DNA from: Bacteroidaceae bacterium
GTDB taxonomy: Bacteria > Bacteroidota > Bacteroidia > Bacteroidales > Bacteroidaceae
Length of the DNA stretch: 64,000 bases
NCBI GenBank assembly: GCA_017453465.1
Contig: JAFTEV010000053.1
Span: 11,237 to 75,236 of the forward strand
Reading direction: 5' to 3'
The position numbers and the translations under genes are program-made. Each line of letters opens with the position of its first letter. The first letter of the stretch is position 1. Positions 16,922-26,442 of this stretch are shown piece after piece. The notes under the pieces are model-generated. The model was not told where the DNA came from. It did not search any database and worked only from the letters and a program-made list of their open reading frames with translations.

Positions 16922-18802
16922 TTATTCTTTCGGCTTCAGAATAATAGCATTCACCCAGATGTTGCGGGAATACTTGTCCTTTGCACTTGACTGGAAGTTG
17001 CTCTTCAGGTAGAGCGTCGGATAGGCGTTGTCCAGACCATAGTAACTGATGGGAAACTCGAAGTCACGCGCAAGGCAGACTGTGTCAGTATATTCTACGT
17101 TCTTCAGCTTGCCATCCTCGACAATGAATCTTGGTACCTTGTTTACAAAGAAGTTGCCCCCCTTGAGTGATGCACCCGTGGCATCTACTGCATCTTCCTC
17201 TGGATTCTTCAGCGTTGCTTCAGAGTCCTTCGTGATACGCCCTTTCTCTGTGTCGTAGTAGAGGTAGGCACGGAAACGGTTCTGCTTCCGCTCCTCTGTG
17301 TTATATCCAATGACCGCAAAGATGTCATATTTTCCAGAGAGCACATTCTGCAGCTTGAAATAAGCCCCAGGGTGAGCAGTTGGGCTACTGGCATTCATTT
17401 CCAGATAATCATATCTGTAGATGGAGTCACTCCACAGCGTGTCATTTGTCAATTGGTTCACCACGTATGAACGAACATAAGAACGGCGACTCTCTGAAAC
17501 GACACACTGGTTGTCCGAATACTCAAAAGTAGAACCATTGGCACTTAGGTCAATGATAGGGGCATAGACTGTGCTGGGCAACTTCCACTCGTCCACCACG
17601 TAGGCATAGCCGTTGCTGGTCTCTACAGGGTCGGCATTGCCGAACATTTCGGCGAAATTCTCCACCTCGACCACATTGTCACGGTTCGTTTCGTTCAGCG
17701 TGCCCTTTGTTTTGAACTTTTTGCTTGTTGTGGATTTCAGAGAGTCTTTCCGAGCATCAAGAGCGCGGATGTCCTCAATGCTGGTTATCGGAACGCGCTC
17801 GTACTGCCAGTTGGCGTTGAAAACAAGGTTCTGGCAGATGGCATTCTTCGAGTAGAGATTCAGCATGGAGTCGAGTTCTTCTTGTGTAAAGCTGGTTTTC
17901 GACTCAAATATTGTGTCGTTGTTCTGTTCAGTCTGCGTGTGCACCGTTTGATTGTATTCCTGTTTGAAATGGTAATAGCTCTTGGTCTTTTCCAACATGG
18001 TGTTCCATGCCGTGTTTGTCGGCGCAATCATCACGTAGTTGCTGTCCTCGTGATTGATGAAAGCCCTCATGAAAAGATTCGTGTAGTTGTTTGAAATGTA
18101 GGTGATGGAATCGACCCAAGTCACCTGTCCATTGATGGTGGGTCCCTGTGTGGAGGCGTACTCATTGAATTCTGTCTTCTGGAATCCCTTGATGAAAGCA
18201 TTGATGGAGTCGAGGTCGCTCCGTGAGGCTAAGTATTCGTAGAGGTTCGGCTGATAGGTAGCAGCACCGCTGGTGATGTGGAGAACGCCATTGCTGGAGG
18301 CAATGTTGGCTTCTGTAATCTTTTGACCTTGCAGGGTGGACTTGTCGAAGTTGAGCCATGCGGCCTTGTCGTTGAAAAGGTCGAGTTTTACAGAATCTGT
18401 ACCGTTCAGGATATGTGTGTAGCGTGTCATGTTGTTGCGAACCAGCTCTTTTTCCACTTTGTAGATGCTGTCACGGATACCTGTGTTAAGCAGTCCTTTG
18501 TAGTAAGCGTAGTTGAATCCGCCATTGGTGGGTGCCCACACCGTGAGCGTCTGTTCACCGTTCAGGAAGTCTGCGTAAGTCTCGGTTGTGGTTTTCTCTT
18601 CAGTCTGTGAATAATACACGCTTTGTAGGATGTCTGCGTATTCTGATAACGCAGGGTTGCTCTGTATGTTTTGCCAGATGGTCTTCGTGCCAATCACATC
18701 TTCGTTGACATCGAAGTGGTCATCCTTACACCCCGCAGCGATTGTCGCAGTTGCTGCAGTCAGCAGGGTCAGCTTGAGCCATTTTTTATTGTTGATATTC
18801 AT
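16922..18802 (-). CDS. Fasciclin (FAS1) domain lipoprotein
   Basis: Lipobox TIAAGC-KDD. FAS1 motifs TLTVWAPTNGGF and SSNGVLHITSG. Confidence 0.75.
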   Translation of the reverse strand: MNINNKKWLKLTLLTAATATIAAGCKDDHFDVNEDVIGTKTIWQNIQSNPALSEYADILQSVYYSQTEEKTTTETYADFLNGEQTLTVWAPTNGGFNYAYYKGLLNTGIRDSIYKVEKELVRNNMTRYTHILNGTDSVKLDLFNDKAAWLNFDKSTLQGQKITEANIASSNGVLHITSGAATYQPNLYEYLASRSDLDSINAFIKGFQKTEFNEYASTQGPTINGQVTWVDSITYISNNYTNLFMRAFINHEDSNYVMIAPTNTAWNTMLEKTKSYYHFKQEYNQTVHTQTEQNNDTIFESKTSFTQEELDSMLNLYSKNAICQNLVFNANWQYERVPITSIEDIRALDARKDSLKSTTSKKFKTKGTLNETNRDNVVEVENFAEMFGNADPVETSNGYAYVVDEWKLPSTVYAPIIDLSANGSTFEYSDNQCVVSESRRSYVRSYVVNQLTNDTLWSDSIYRYDYLEMNASSPTAHPGAYFKLQNVLSGKYDIFAVIGYNTEERKQNRFRAYLYYDTEKGRITKDSEATLKNPEEDAVDATGASLKGGNFFVNKVPRFIVEDGKLKNVEYTDTVCLARDFEFPISYYGLDNAYPTLYLKSNFQSSAKDKYSRNIWVNAIILKPKE

Positions 18803-18869
18803 ACCTAATGTTACAATTTTTTTTGACGGTTTACTTAAATCAATTCATCATCATACATGATGAACCGTA

Positions 18870-21014
18870 TTACCAGATGTCTTCATTGTTCTCACCCGCA
18901 TAGACGGACTTCGGCACAAATTCCAGGTAGTCGAAGAAGAACTCCGTGTTGGGGCTTGTGAGTACAGACTTGAAGCGGATATAGTAAGTTTTGCCTGCTT
19001 CCAGCTGTCCTGTGTAGATGATTTTGCGCAGGTTGTTCTGGCTGTCGCGAGCTGTACCACCGCTCACCTGAACATACTTGGGTCCCTTCATGAAGCCCAG
19101 GTTACGCATCGTCTTCTGGTTCTCGAACAGGGCTGTTGAGTCTGTGCCTGTTGGGGCAATGGAGGACTCTGCCACCCAACCTGTAGAAGATGTTGAGGTG
19201 CCTGAGCCTGAACGCAAATCGATAGGAATACCGATGGCGGGCAGATTTTTATAGTTTTCACCGAAGTAGATTTGTGCCATGCCACGGTTGTTGTTGGCCC
19301 ACACTCCGTAGCGTATTTCGTAAGTACCTGTGTAAGGAACAGCTGGCAACTTCATGGTGAAGTCATACTGGCCCCGGATATTAAATTCGTCAATCTGGTA
19401 GTCCATCCATGAACCCATTCCAGTGGAGTAGCTGGTGTTGGGCAGATATTCAAAGTCGGTACCCGTGCTCATGTCAACAACTCCTTCAAGGTAGTTGCCA
19501 ATCTTGTCCTTGTTGAAATACCACGAATTAATTCGGTTCTGGCGGATATTGTTGGTCAGCAATTCAGGGAAGAGCGACGTGATGTCGTAGCGCAGACGCT
19601 CGTTCAGCACCGTATTAGGCACTCGGCTGTTCCAAATCAGGATGTCATCAATGGGATAATAGTATCCGTTCAGTGCATTGTTGTCATAATTCTGGTTAGT
19701 GTCGCTTATCTTGATACCCCAGTCCACAGGTGTCATTTCACCAGAGTTCTCCCTGTAGGTGCGCTGGTTATATCTCGATTTGCGGTTGATGCGACGTTGG
19801 ATGGTTCCGTCTTGGCGGCATCCTGTAATCTTTATGGAACGGCGCTGCACACCCACGGTCTCCCAGTATTCCCACACGTTGACATAGAATTGTGAAGAGG
19901 TGCGTGTCTTCATCATCGAGGCATCGCAGCCGTATTCGTTGGCAAAAGTTACCATGTTGTTGTATGTGAGACGTTCTGGCAGGATGTGGTAGGCAACGAA
20001 CTGGTTCAGCCAGTTGTAGTCATTGGCATAGTCGTCGCCCCAACTTGTTGCGTGGCCACAGCTTGTGTCATCATCAAAGTTGTTGTTGTCCAAAACCCAT
20101 TGCTTCAGCGAATTGAGGTCGGTAATGTTGTAGCTCTCATAAATAGAGTCGGGTTCCACAAAAATGGTGAAGCTGGTGTAGCGATGTTCTGGGAACAGTC
20201 CTTCCCAACCGCCATTCATGCCCATATAGGTTGTGCCGCGTATGTCATCGTACGTCTCTTCCCATGCTTCGTCCTTGTAGCTGGTGAGTTTTGAACTCCA
20301 GCCCGTCTTTTTCAGCAAATCACCGAAGAAGTGCAGGTTGGGGGTGTTGATGACAAGGTCTGCAATGGTTGCAGTTGAGGGAGAGAGCACATGATCTACA
20401 ACATGGATGTAACCGTTTTCCACTTCAATGTCACCTTCGATGACCTTTGAATTGGTGTTTACGTAGATGGTCGTGCTGAGTGCGGTGTCTCCCGCTTCGC
20501 TCACGTTGGCAATCTCCGTGCCATACGAGATGCTGATGTAGCGGTCGTTCATGTTTGTCGAACCCAGTGCGCCAACTTCAAAGTCTGTTGTGGCGTATGC
20601 TTCGGCATTTCCGTTTTCAATGATGGAATTGAAGACGATGGACTCTGCCACCGAGTCGGGCAATTCGTCAAGATTGAGTGATGACACCTGTGGCTCTTCC
20701 ATGTGGTAGAGCGAGTCAATGTATTTTGCAATGGCCTCGTTGGTAGGAGCGAAGCAGGTGTAGTGTCCGCGTGCATTGAGCAATTCACTCATGGATGAAG
20801 CGGAACGTTTGCTGGGTGTTACCTTGTTCAGGAGGGCAAGGTAGCTGCTAAACTGTTCAGGGTTGTTGGCGAAGTGGTCAGTCATCATTTCACCCGTAAA
20901 GGTGTAGAGGTCGCTGTCGTCAATCTTTTCGCTACATGAGTTTAGCATGATAGCAGCTGTGCCTCCTAACAGAAGGGCTGCACTGAAAAATTTTGAAATA
21001 TACTTGAGCTTCAT
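18870..21014 (-). CDS. Fasciclin (FAS1) domain lipoprotein
   Basis: Lipobox IMLNSC-SEK. FAS1 motifs YTCFAPTNEAIAKYI and NGYIHVVDHVLSP. Confidence 0.8.
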   Translation of the reverse strand: MKLKYISKFFSAALLLGGTAAIMLNSCSEKIDDSDLYTFTGEMMTDHFANNPEQFSSYLALLNKVTPSKRSASSMSELLNARGHYTCFAPTNEAIAKYIDSLYHMEEPQVSSLNLDELPDSVAESIVFNSIIENGNAEAYATTDFEVGALGSTNMNDRYISISYGTEIANVSEAGDTALSTTIYVNTNSKVIEGDIEVENGYIHVVDHVLSPSTATIADLVINTPNLHFFGDLLKKTGWSSKLTSYKDEAWEETYDDIRGTTYMGMNGGWEGLFPEHRYTSFTIFVEPDSIYESYNITDLNSLKQWVLDNNNFDDDTSCGHATSWGDDYANDYNWLNQFVAYHILPERLTYNNMVTFANEYGCDASMMKTRTSSQFYVNVWEYWETVGVQRRSIKITGCRQDGTIQRRINRKSRYNQRTYRENSGEMTPVDWGIKISDTNQNYDNNALNGYYYPIDDILIWNSRVPNTVLNERLRYDITSLFPELLTNNIRQNRINSWYFNKDKIGNYLEGVVDMSTGTDFEYLPNTSYSTGMGSWMDYQIDEFNIRGQYDFTMKLPAVPYTGTYEIRYGVWANNNRGMAQIYFGENYKNLPAIGIPIDLRSGSGTSTSSTGWVAESSIAPTGTDSTALFENQKTMRNLGFMKGPKYVQVSGGTARDSQNNLRKIIYTGQLEAGKTYYIRFKSVLTSPNTEFFFDYLEFVPKSVYAGENNEDIW

Positions 21015-21029
21015 GATACGTCTCTTTTT

Positions 21030-22913
21030 TTAGATGTTATCGGTACGGCTGCTCGATTCGGTCTGTTTCCACACACCATTCTGATAGAGCCATGTATTGC
21101 TTTTTAATTCACTTTCGTAAACAGGCGAGAAGAGTGACTGCATATCTGCCAGTTTTGCCTCAATAGCCTTGCGGTTTGTGGCATATTTGCGGGTAAGCAG
21201 TTTCAGCATCTCTTCTGTGCTGCCTCTACGCTGGGCATAACGTACAAGGTCGAACCACCGTTTGCCCTCACACATAAACTCCCGTTGGCGTTCCTGCATG
21301 ACCAAGCTTTCAAGACCACCCTGATTGTCGAAGTTGTTATCAAACTTCAGTGTGTCGGTAGCACTCGATGTGTTCTCGTAAGGGTAGGGATTGGAACGCT
21401 TGAAGACGGCACGCACACAGTCAAAGCCTTCTTTCAGGTCTTGTTTTTCAGTCTTCAGACGTGAAATGGCTTCGGCCTTCATCAGCAGAACTTCTGACAT
21501 ACGATAAACAATCCAGCCGGCATTGAGCCTGGAGCGGCTGGTGGCTCGATATGTAAGTATGTTTGCATTGTCTGTCACCATTGTGCTTGCACGGTTTGTG
21601 GTCTGGCTGATTTCCTCCATTATGTATTTAATGAAAGGATAGGTCGTCTGGCCTTGGCCATTGAACATCACCGTCTCCCAGCGGCGGTAGTCAGTCTTTG
21701 TAAACACAGCGTTGGGGGTTGTGGTGTTGGGCGATTGCTCAATGGATTCAAACAAAGCACCAGTTCCCACGAAGGTTCCTACCTCTCCCTTCAGATTTGT
21801 ATAGAGATTGGCCACCGTGTTGTTGCTGTAGGTGTCACCATCGTATTGCAATTCAAAGATGCTTTCGTCTGAATTTCCTTTGTAGAAAAGATTGCTGTAT
21901 GCACTTATTTCTCCGTCATTGGTCAGTCGCTGCAAAGAGTTGGAGGAAATGTAGTTTGGTTCGAGCAAATCTTCTATGTTGAAGTCAATGTTATTGCCAC
22001 CGCCTACGTAAGTCTTTGAGATTTTCTTGATGTATTCGTCCTTAGCCAGCTGGATTACTTTGTTACAGCAGTCCAAACTTTTCTGGTAGTCATCAAGGGC
22101 TGTTGTGCCGTAGGCAACGTCTGTGTAGGGAACGGCCTCGGTGTAGTAGTCCTGGGTAGCAGGCAGGGTGCGGTTGAGGAACGGATGGCAGTTGCCTTCC
22201 TTGTAGCTGGCACGCCAGAGATATACATCTGCCAGCAGGGTGTAGATGGTTTTGCGGGTAATGCGTCCCTTGTTGAGCATGGTTGTGCCATAATCGGTTA
22301 CAGCATCGTCCTTCACTGCTTCCAGATCATCAATGATATTGTTGAGCACCGTGAGCTGTGGTTCTTGAGTCATGCGGAGTTCCTCCGAGTCGTTGTTGTA
22401 GTCTTTTGTGATGTAGGGGATTTCTCCGAATGTGCGCACCAGATAGAAGTGGCACAGGGCGCGCAATGCTATCATTTCGGCCCTGATGGGTGTCCAGGCT
22501 GATTCAGAGAAACTTTCGTCTGCTGCTACGACTTCTGGCCCATGTGCCAGTACCTTGTTGCAGTAGTTGATAGCACTATAGAGTGGTGTCCAACTGAAAA
22601 TGCTGTACGTAGGGAGCAGGTTTGCATTCATGATGTTTGCCTCCTGACCCGTTGAACTTGTTTCTGTTGAGCGTTCAAAATTGTCTGAACGCATTTCGCC
22701 CCATTGGATGAACTTGTATGTGATGTCATCAGAGGCAAGTCGTTTGTAGCAACCGTAAACAGCATTGTTGAGGTCGTTCTTGTCTTTCCAGAATTCCTCT
22801 TCAACAATGGAGTCTGTAGGTGTGATGGTGAGGAAGTCCTCGCAACTGGCGAGCATCCCCATGCCTACAGTGGCTACGGTGCAGATTGCTATGTTTCGAT
22901 ATGTTGATTTCAT
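21030..22913 (-). CDS. SusD/RagB-family outer-membrane lipoprotein
   Basis: Lipobox GMLASC-EDFL. 627 aa. Directly downstream of a SusC-type gene. Typical SusD C-terminal region ...ERQREFMCEGKRWFDLVR. Confidence 0.9.
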   Translation of the reverse strand: MKSTYRNIAICTVATVGMGMLASCEDFLTITPTDSIVEEEFWKDKNDLNNAVYGCYKRLASDDITYKFIQWGEMRSDNFERSTETSSTGQEANIMNANLLPTYSIFSWTPLYSAINYCNKVLAHGPEVVAADESFSESAWTPIRAEMIALRALCHFYLVRTFGEIPYITKDYNNDSEELRMTQEPQLTVLNNIIDDLEAVKDDAVTDYGTTMLNKGRITRKTIYTLLADVYLWRASYKEGNCHPFLNRTLPATQDYYTEAVPYTDVAYGTTALDDYQKSLDCCNKVIQLAKDEYIKKISKTYVGGGNNIDFNIEDLLEPNYISSNSLQRLTNDGEISAYSNLFYKGNSDESIFELQYDGDTYSNNTVANLYTNLKGEVGTFVGTGALFESIEQSPNTTTPNAVFTKTDYRRWETVMFNGQGQTTYPFIKYIMEEISQTTNRASTMVTDNANILTYRATSRSRLNAGWIVYRMSEVLLMKAEAISRLKTEKQDLKEGFDCVRAVFKRSNPYPYENTSSATDTLKFDNNFDNQGGLESLVMQERQREFMCEGKRWFDLVRYAQRRGSTEEMLKLLTRKYATNRKAIEAKLADMQSLFSPVYESELKSNTWLYQNGVWKQTESSSRTDNI

Positions 22914-22979
22914 GTTATTTCTGGTTTTGAATTATTTCTGGTTGAGAGGTGAGTCTCACCTCTTTAACCTTGTACCACA

Positions 22980-25900
22980 TTAGAATCCTACGTTGACACT
23001 GAGCGTGAATGATTTTGAGCGTGGTGTCTTTGAATTGTCGTAGCATACGCCCCATGAACCGTAGCTTACTTCTGGGTCAACACCTGTGTACTTGGTGAAG
23101 CAGAAGAGGTTGTTGGCTGAGAGTGAGAGACGGAGTGTCTGCATTCCGATGCTCTTGCACGCCTTCTGTGGCAGACTGTAACTGAGCTGCAAGTATTGCA
23201 GGCGCACGTAGTCACCGTTTTCCACATAGCGGTCGCTGGCCAGTGCATTGTAGGACGGGCCAATGCTTGAGTTCATGGCACGTGGAATTTCTGTCACATC
23301 GCCATTCTTTCTCCATCGCCATGCCACGGCTGCACTCTGGTTGATGTTTGTACGCATCCATTCGTTCTTGAGGCGGGCCATATTCGCAATCTTGTTGCCG
23401 AAGCGATAGTTGAACGACAGTTTCAAGGTCCAGGGACCATAGAAGAAGTTGAAACCAAAACCACCATTTACTTTCGGGTTGGAGTTGCCCAGATAGACGA
23501 TGTCAAGTTCGTTGATTTGGCCGTCGTGGTTGATGTCTTCGTAGATGACATCGCCACCCTTGAACTCATAGTTGATGCCACCATAATTGTAATAAAGGTG
23601 GAGCGGATTGCCCTTTGCATCGAACAGGATGTTTCCGTTGGCATCGCGAGCTACAGGTACCGTAGCATTGGCTCCCACAGATTCTGCGTATGCAGCTGTG
23701 TTCTGGCCGTATGTCTTTGCAGAAACGTCGGTGTAGCCATTGTGTTCGTAGTCGTAGGCATAGACTCCTGCGTACTTGAAACCATAGATAGAACCTACGG
23801 CATTTCCAATCTGGATGCGTTGCAGGTAGCTGGCATTGCTATAGCCGAAGTCTCCGTTCATGCTGGAGAGTACGCTGGCGTTCATATCTGTGATGGTGTT
23901 GACGTTCTGTGCAATGTTGAACGATACGGACATTGAGAACTTGCCAGCCTTGGCAAATTTGGCTGTGTTCATGAAGAGTTCCCAACCACGGTTGCGCATA
24001 CCGCCGACGTTTTTCCATTGGAGTGAACCGAAGCCTGTAGAGCCTGGTATGCCTACGTCTTTCATGAGCAGGTCGGTGGTCTGTTTGTTGTAGTAGTTGA
24101 AGTCGAATTGCAGGAGGTCGTTAAACAAGTTGAGGTTTGCACCCAAGTTCCATGATTTGGTCGTCTCCCACTTGATGTCGGTCAGTCGCAGATTATTGGG
24201 CTGAATGGCTGCATACTTGGATGTGCCGTATGCTCCAGCAGAGCCGTAGGAGTTGTACATCAGGTATTCATTGCCTGGCTGACGGCCCACCTTACCCCAT
24301 GATGGACGGAAGGAGAGGAGCGAAACGATGTGTTTCGGGTCAATCTTCTCGAAGAAGGGTTCCTGACTGATGTTCCAACGGGCTGAAAAGCCTGGGAATG
24401 TGCCCCACTTGCGACCTGAACCGAACTTGGTGGAACCATCGCGACGCACGGTGGCATCGACGGAGTAGCGACCATCGAAGAATGCGATGTGTGCGCTGGC
24501 CAATATGGATGCACTGCGCCATTGTGATGTTCCTGAAGTGGAGTTGCGCAGATAAGCCTGTGCAACGGAAGAGGTAAGTCCTGTGGGGAGTCCGTCTTGC
24601 GAAAGGTTTTGGCTTGTACCGTTTCCGGTGGTAAATTCAAACTGTCCCATGATGCTGGCCGACCAGATGTCGGTGTTAGTCTTGGGAATGTAGATGAGTT
24701 TTTCGCGATTGGTGAAAGCCAAAGATTTGTATTCGCTGTTGCCACTCTTGTTCACCTCCTCAGACCAACTGTTTGTGGTGAGCGAGTTGGGGTAGTAGGT
24801 GTTGACCGACTCGTTGTAGATGTCCATATAGACTTCGGCGTTGAGGTTGAGCTGGTGACCTTCATCATCTTTCGACAAGAGCTTGTATTGCAGGTTGAAC
24901 TGTGGGTTGATGCGGTAGGTCGATTGGTTGTTGAAAGCCAAGTTTGCTGCTGCCACGGGGTTGCCTATAGCCTTCATGTCGCTGAGGTAGTTGGAGGAAT
25001 AGACGCTGTTGCCGCTGCCGCCTGTGGTGGGATTGGTGGGTAGCATCTTGTAATAGTCTCCCGTTTGGTAAGCAGTCTGCGTGTCTTGGTTATATGCATA
25101 TTCGTAGATGCTCATGTTCGGCATACTCTTGTAGGCTGCACCGAGGATGGAGGTTGTATTGTACTGGTTTTTGTCTGTGTCCCAGTTCCAGTTGCGGTGG
25201 TTGTCGGTGTAGGTAAGCGCAAAGTTTGTAGAAAAACGAATGCGGTCGCTCACGTCGTAGTCGAGTACCAAGCGGGTGGAGAAACGGTCGAGTTTCTGCT
25301 TGATGATGGTACCTGTCTGGTGGTCGTAGCCGCCAGAGATGCGGAACTTGGCCTTTTCACCACCACCTGTGAGTGTGAGGTAGTAGTTGTGGGTCTGTCC
25401 GAACTGGTTCACTGCATCCACCCAGTCAGTATTCTGGTTGAAGTTGTAGTACTGAGTGGGGTAGGACTTGTCGTAGTTCAGCTCAACCATGTTGGACGCG
25501 GCCGCACTTTGCTTGGGGTTGAAGTAGGCTTCCTTCAGCATCATGGTGTAGCCGTCGCCGTCGAGCATGTTGAGGCCCTTTGGTGCCCATGCACCGGTAA
25601 AGCGGTAGGAGAAGTTGATTTTTGTCTTGCCTGCTGCACCACGGCGTGTGGTAATCTCGATGACACCGTTGGCTCCCCTGGAACCCCAGATGGCTGTGGC
25701 GGCTGCGTCTTTCAGCACTTTGATTTCTTTGATGTCTTCGGGATTGACTGAGAGGAGGGTGGAGAACTGTTCCTCGTTGTCGAGGTCTTCAAAGTTTACG
25801 TCAGCCACGTCGTCGGGGAGGTCGAAGATGTTGCCATCGACGACGATGAGGGGTTCGGCTGAACCATTGATGGTGCTGACACCACGCATACGCATGGAGG

Positions 25901-26417
25901 TACCCGAACCCAGGTTACCTGAGTTGGAGATGATGTCGAGACCAGCAATCTTTCCTTGCAGGGCTTCGTCGGCACTGGCAAACGAGAGACCCTCCACTTC
26001 GTCCATGTTCATGGTCTGGGTGGCTACGGAGATTTCTTTCAGCGGAATGGACATACCGTTGCTCATGGTTTTGGGCTTGGCCTTCACAACCACTTCTTGC
26101 AGCTGGGTGTTGTCTTGCATCTTGATGCTGAATTTGGTCTTGTTGCCGATGACTTCTGTGTGGGTTTTGTAGCCGATGTAGCTGACGACGAGCTTGTCTT
26201 TTGGATTCTTGATGACCATGGAGAAGTTACCGTTGATGTCGGTCACGGCTGCTTCCACGATACGGTTATTGGCATCGCGTTCCACCACGTTGGCCATCAT
26301 GATGCCGCCAAAGTCATCGAAGACGGTACCTGTGATGCGTCGCGATTGCGCCATAGCTGAACTTACGCAGAAGAACAGCACGATGGCAGGGATGAAAAAC
26401 TTAATTTTGTGGTTCAT
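22980..26417 (-). CDS. SusC/RagA-family TonB-dependent transporter
   Basis: 1145 aa. CarboxypepD_reg-like N-domain (ITGTVFDDFGG...). Plug motif IKVLKDAAATAIWGSRGANGVIEITTRRG. Ends ...FTLSVNVGF. Confidence 0.92.
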   Translation of the reverse strand: MNHKIKFFIPAIVLFFCVSSAMAQSRRITGTVFDDFGGIMMANVVERDANNRIVEAAVTDINGNFSMVIKNPKDKLVVSYIGYKTHTEVIGNKTKFSIKMQDNTQLQEVVVKAKPKTMSNGMSIPLKEISVATQTMNMDEVEGLSFASADEALQGKIAGLDIISNSGNLGSGTSMRMRGVSTINGSAEPLIVVDGNIFDLPDDVADVNFEDLDNEEQFSTLLSVNPEDIKEIKVLKDAAATAIWGSRGANGVIEITTRRGAAGKTKINFSYRFTGAWAPKGLNMLDGDGYTMMLKEAYFNPKQSAAASNMVELNYDKSYPTQYYNFNQNTDWVDAVNQFGQTHNYYLTLTGGGEKAKFRISGGYDHQTGTIIKQKLDRFSTRLVLDYDVSDRIRFSTNFALTYTDNHRNWNWDTDKNQYNTTSILGAAYKSMPNMSIYEYAYNQDTQTAYQTGDYYKMLPTNPTTGGSGNSVYSSNYLSDMKAIGNPVAAANLAFNNQSTYRINPQFNLQYKLLSKDDEGHQLNLNAEVYMDIYNESVNTYYPNSLTTNSWSEEVNKSGNSEYKSLAFTNREKLIYIPKTNTDIWSASIMGQFEFTTGNGTSQNLSQDGLPTGLTSSVAQAYLRNSTSGTSQWRSASILASAHIAFFDGRYSVDATVRRDGSTKFGSGRKWGTFPGFSARWNISQEPFFEKIDPKHIVSLLSFRPSWGKVGRQPGNEYLMYNSYGSAGAYGTSKYAAIQPNNLRLTDIKWETTKSWNLGANLNLFNDLLQFDFNYYNKQTTDLLMKDVGIPGSTGFGSLQWKNVGGMRNRGWELFMNTAKFAKAGKFSMSVSFNIAQNVNTITDMNASVLSSMNGDFGYSNASYLQRIQIGNAVGSIYGFKYAGVYAYDYEHNGYTDVSAKTYGQNTAAYAESVGANATVPVARDANGNILFDAKGNPLHLYYNYGGINYEFKGGDVIYEDINHDGQINELDIVYLGNSNPKVNGGFGFNFFYGPWTLKLSFNYRFGNKIANMARLKNEWMRTNINQSAAVAWRWRKNGDVTEIPRAMNSSIGPSYNALASDRYVENGDYVRLQYLQLSYSLPQKACKSIGMQTLRLSLSANNLFCFTKYTGVDPEVSYGSWGVCYDNSKTPRSKSFTLSVNVGF

Positions 26418-26442
26418 AGTGTTCTTTTTTGTAAGTTATGGG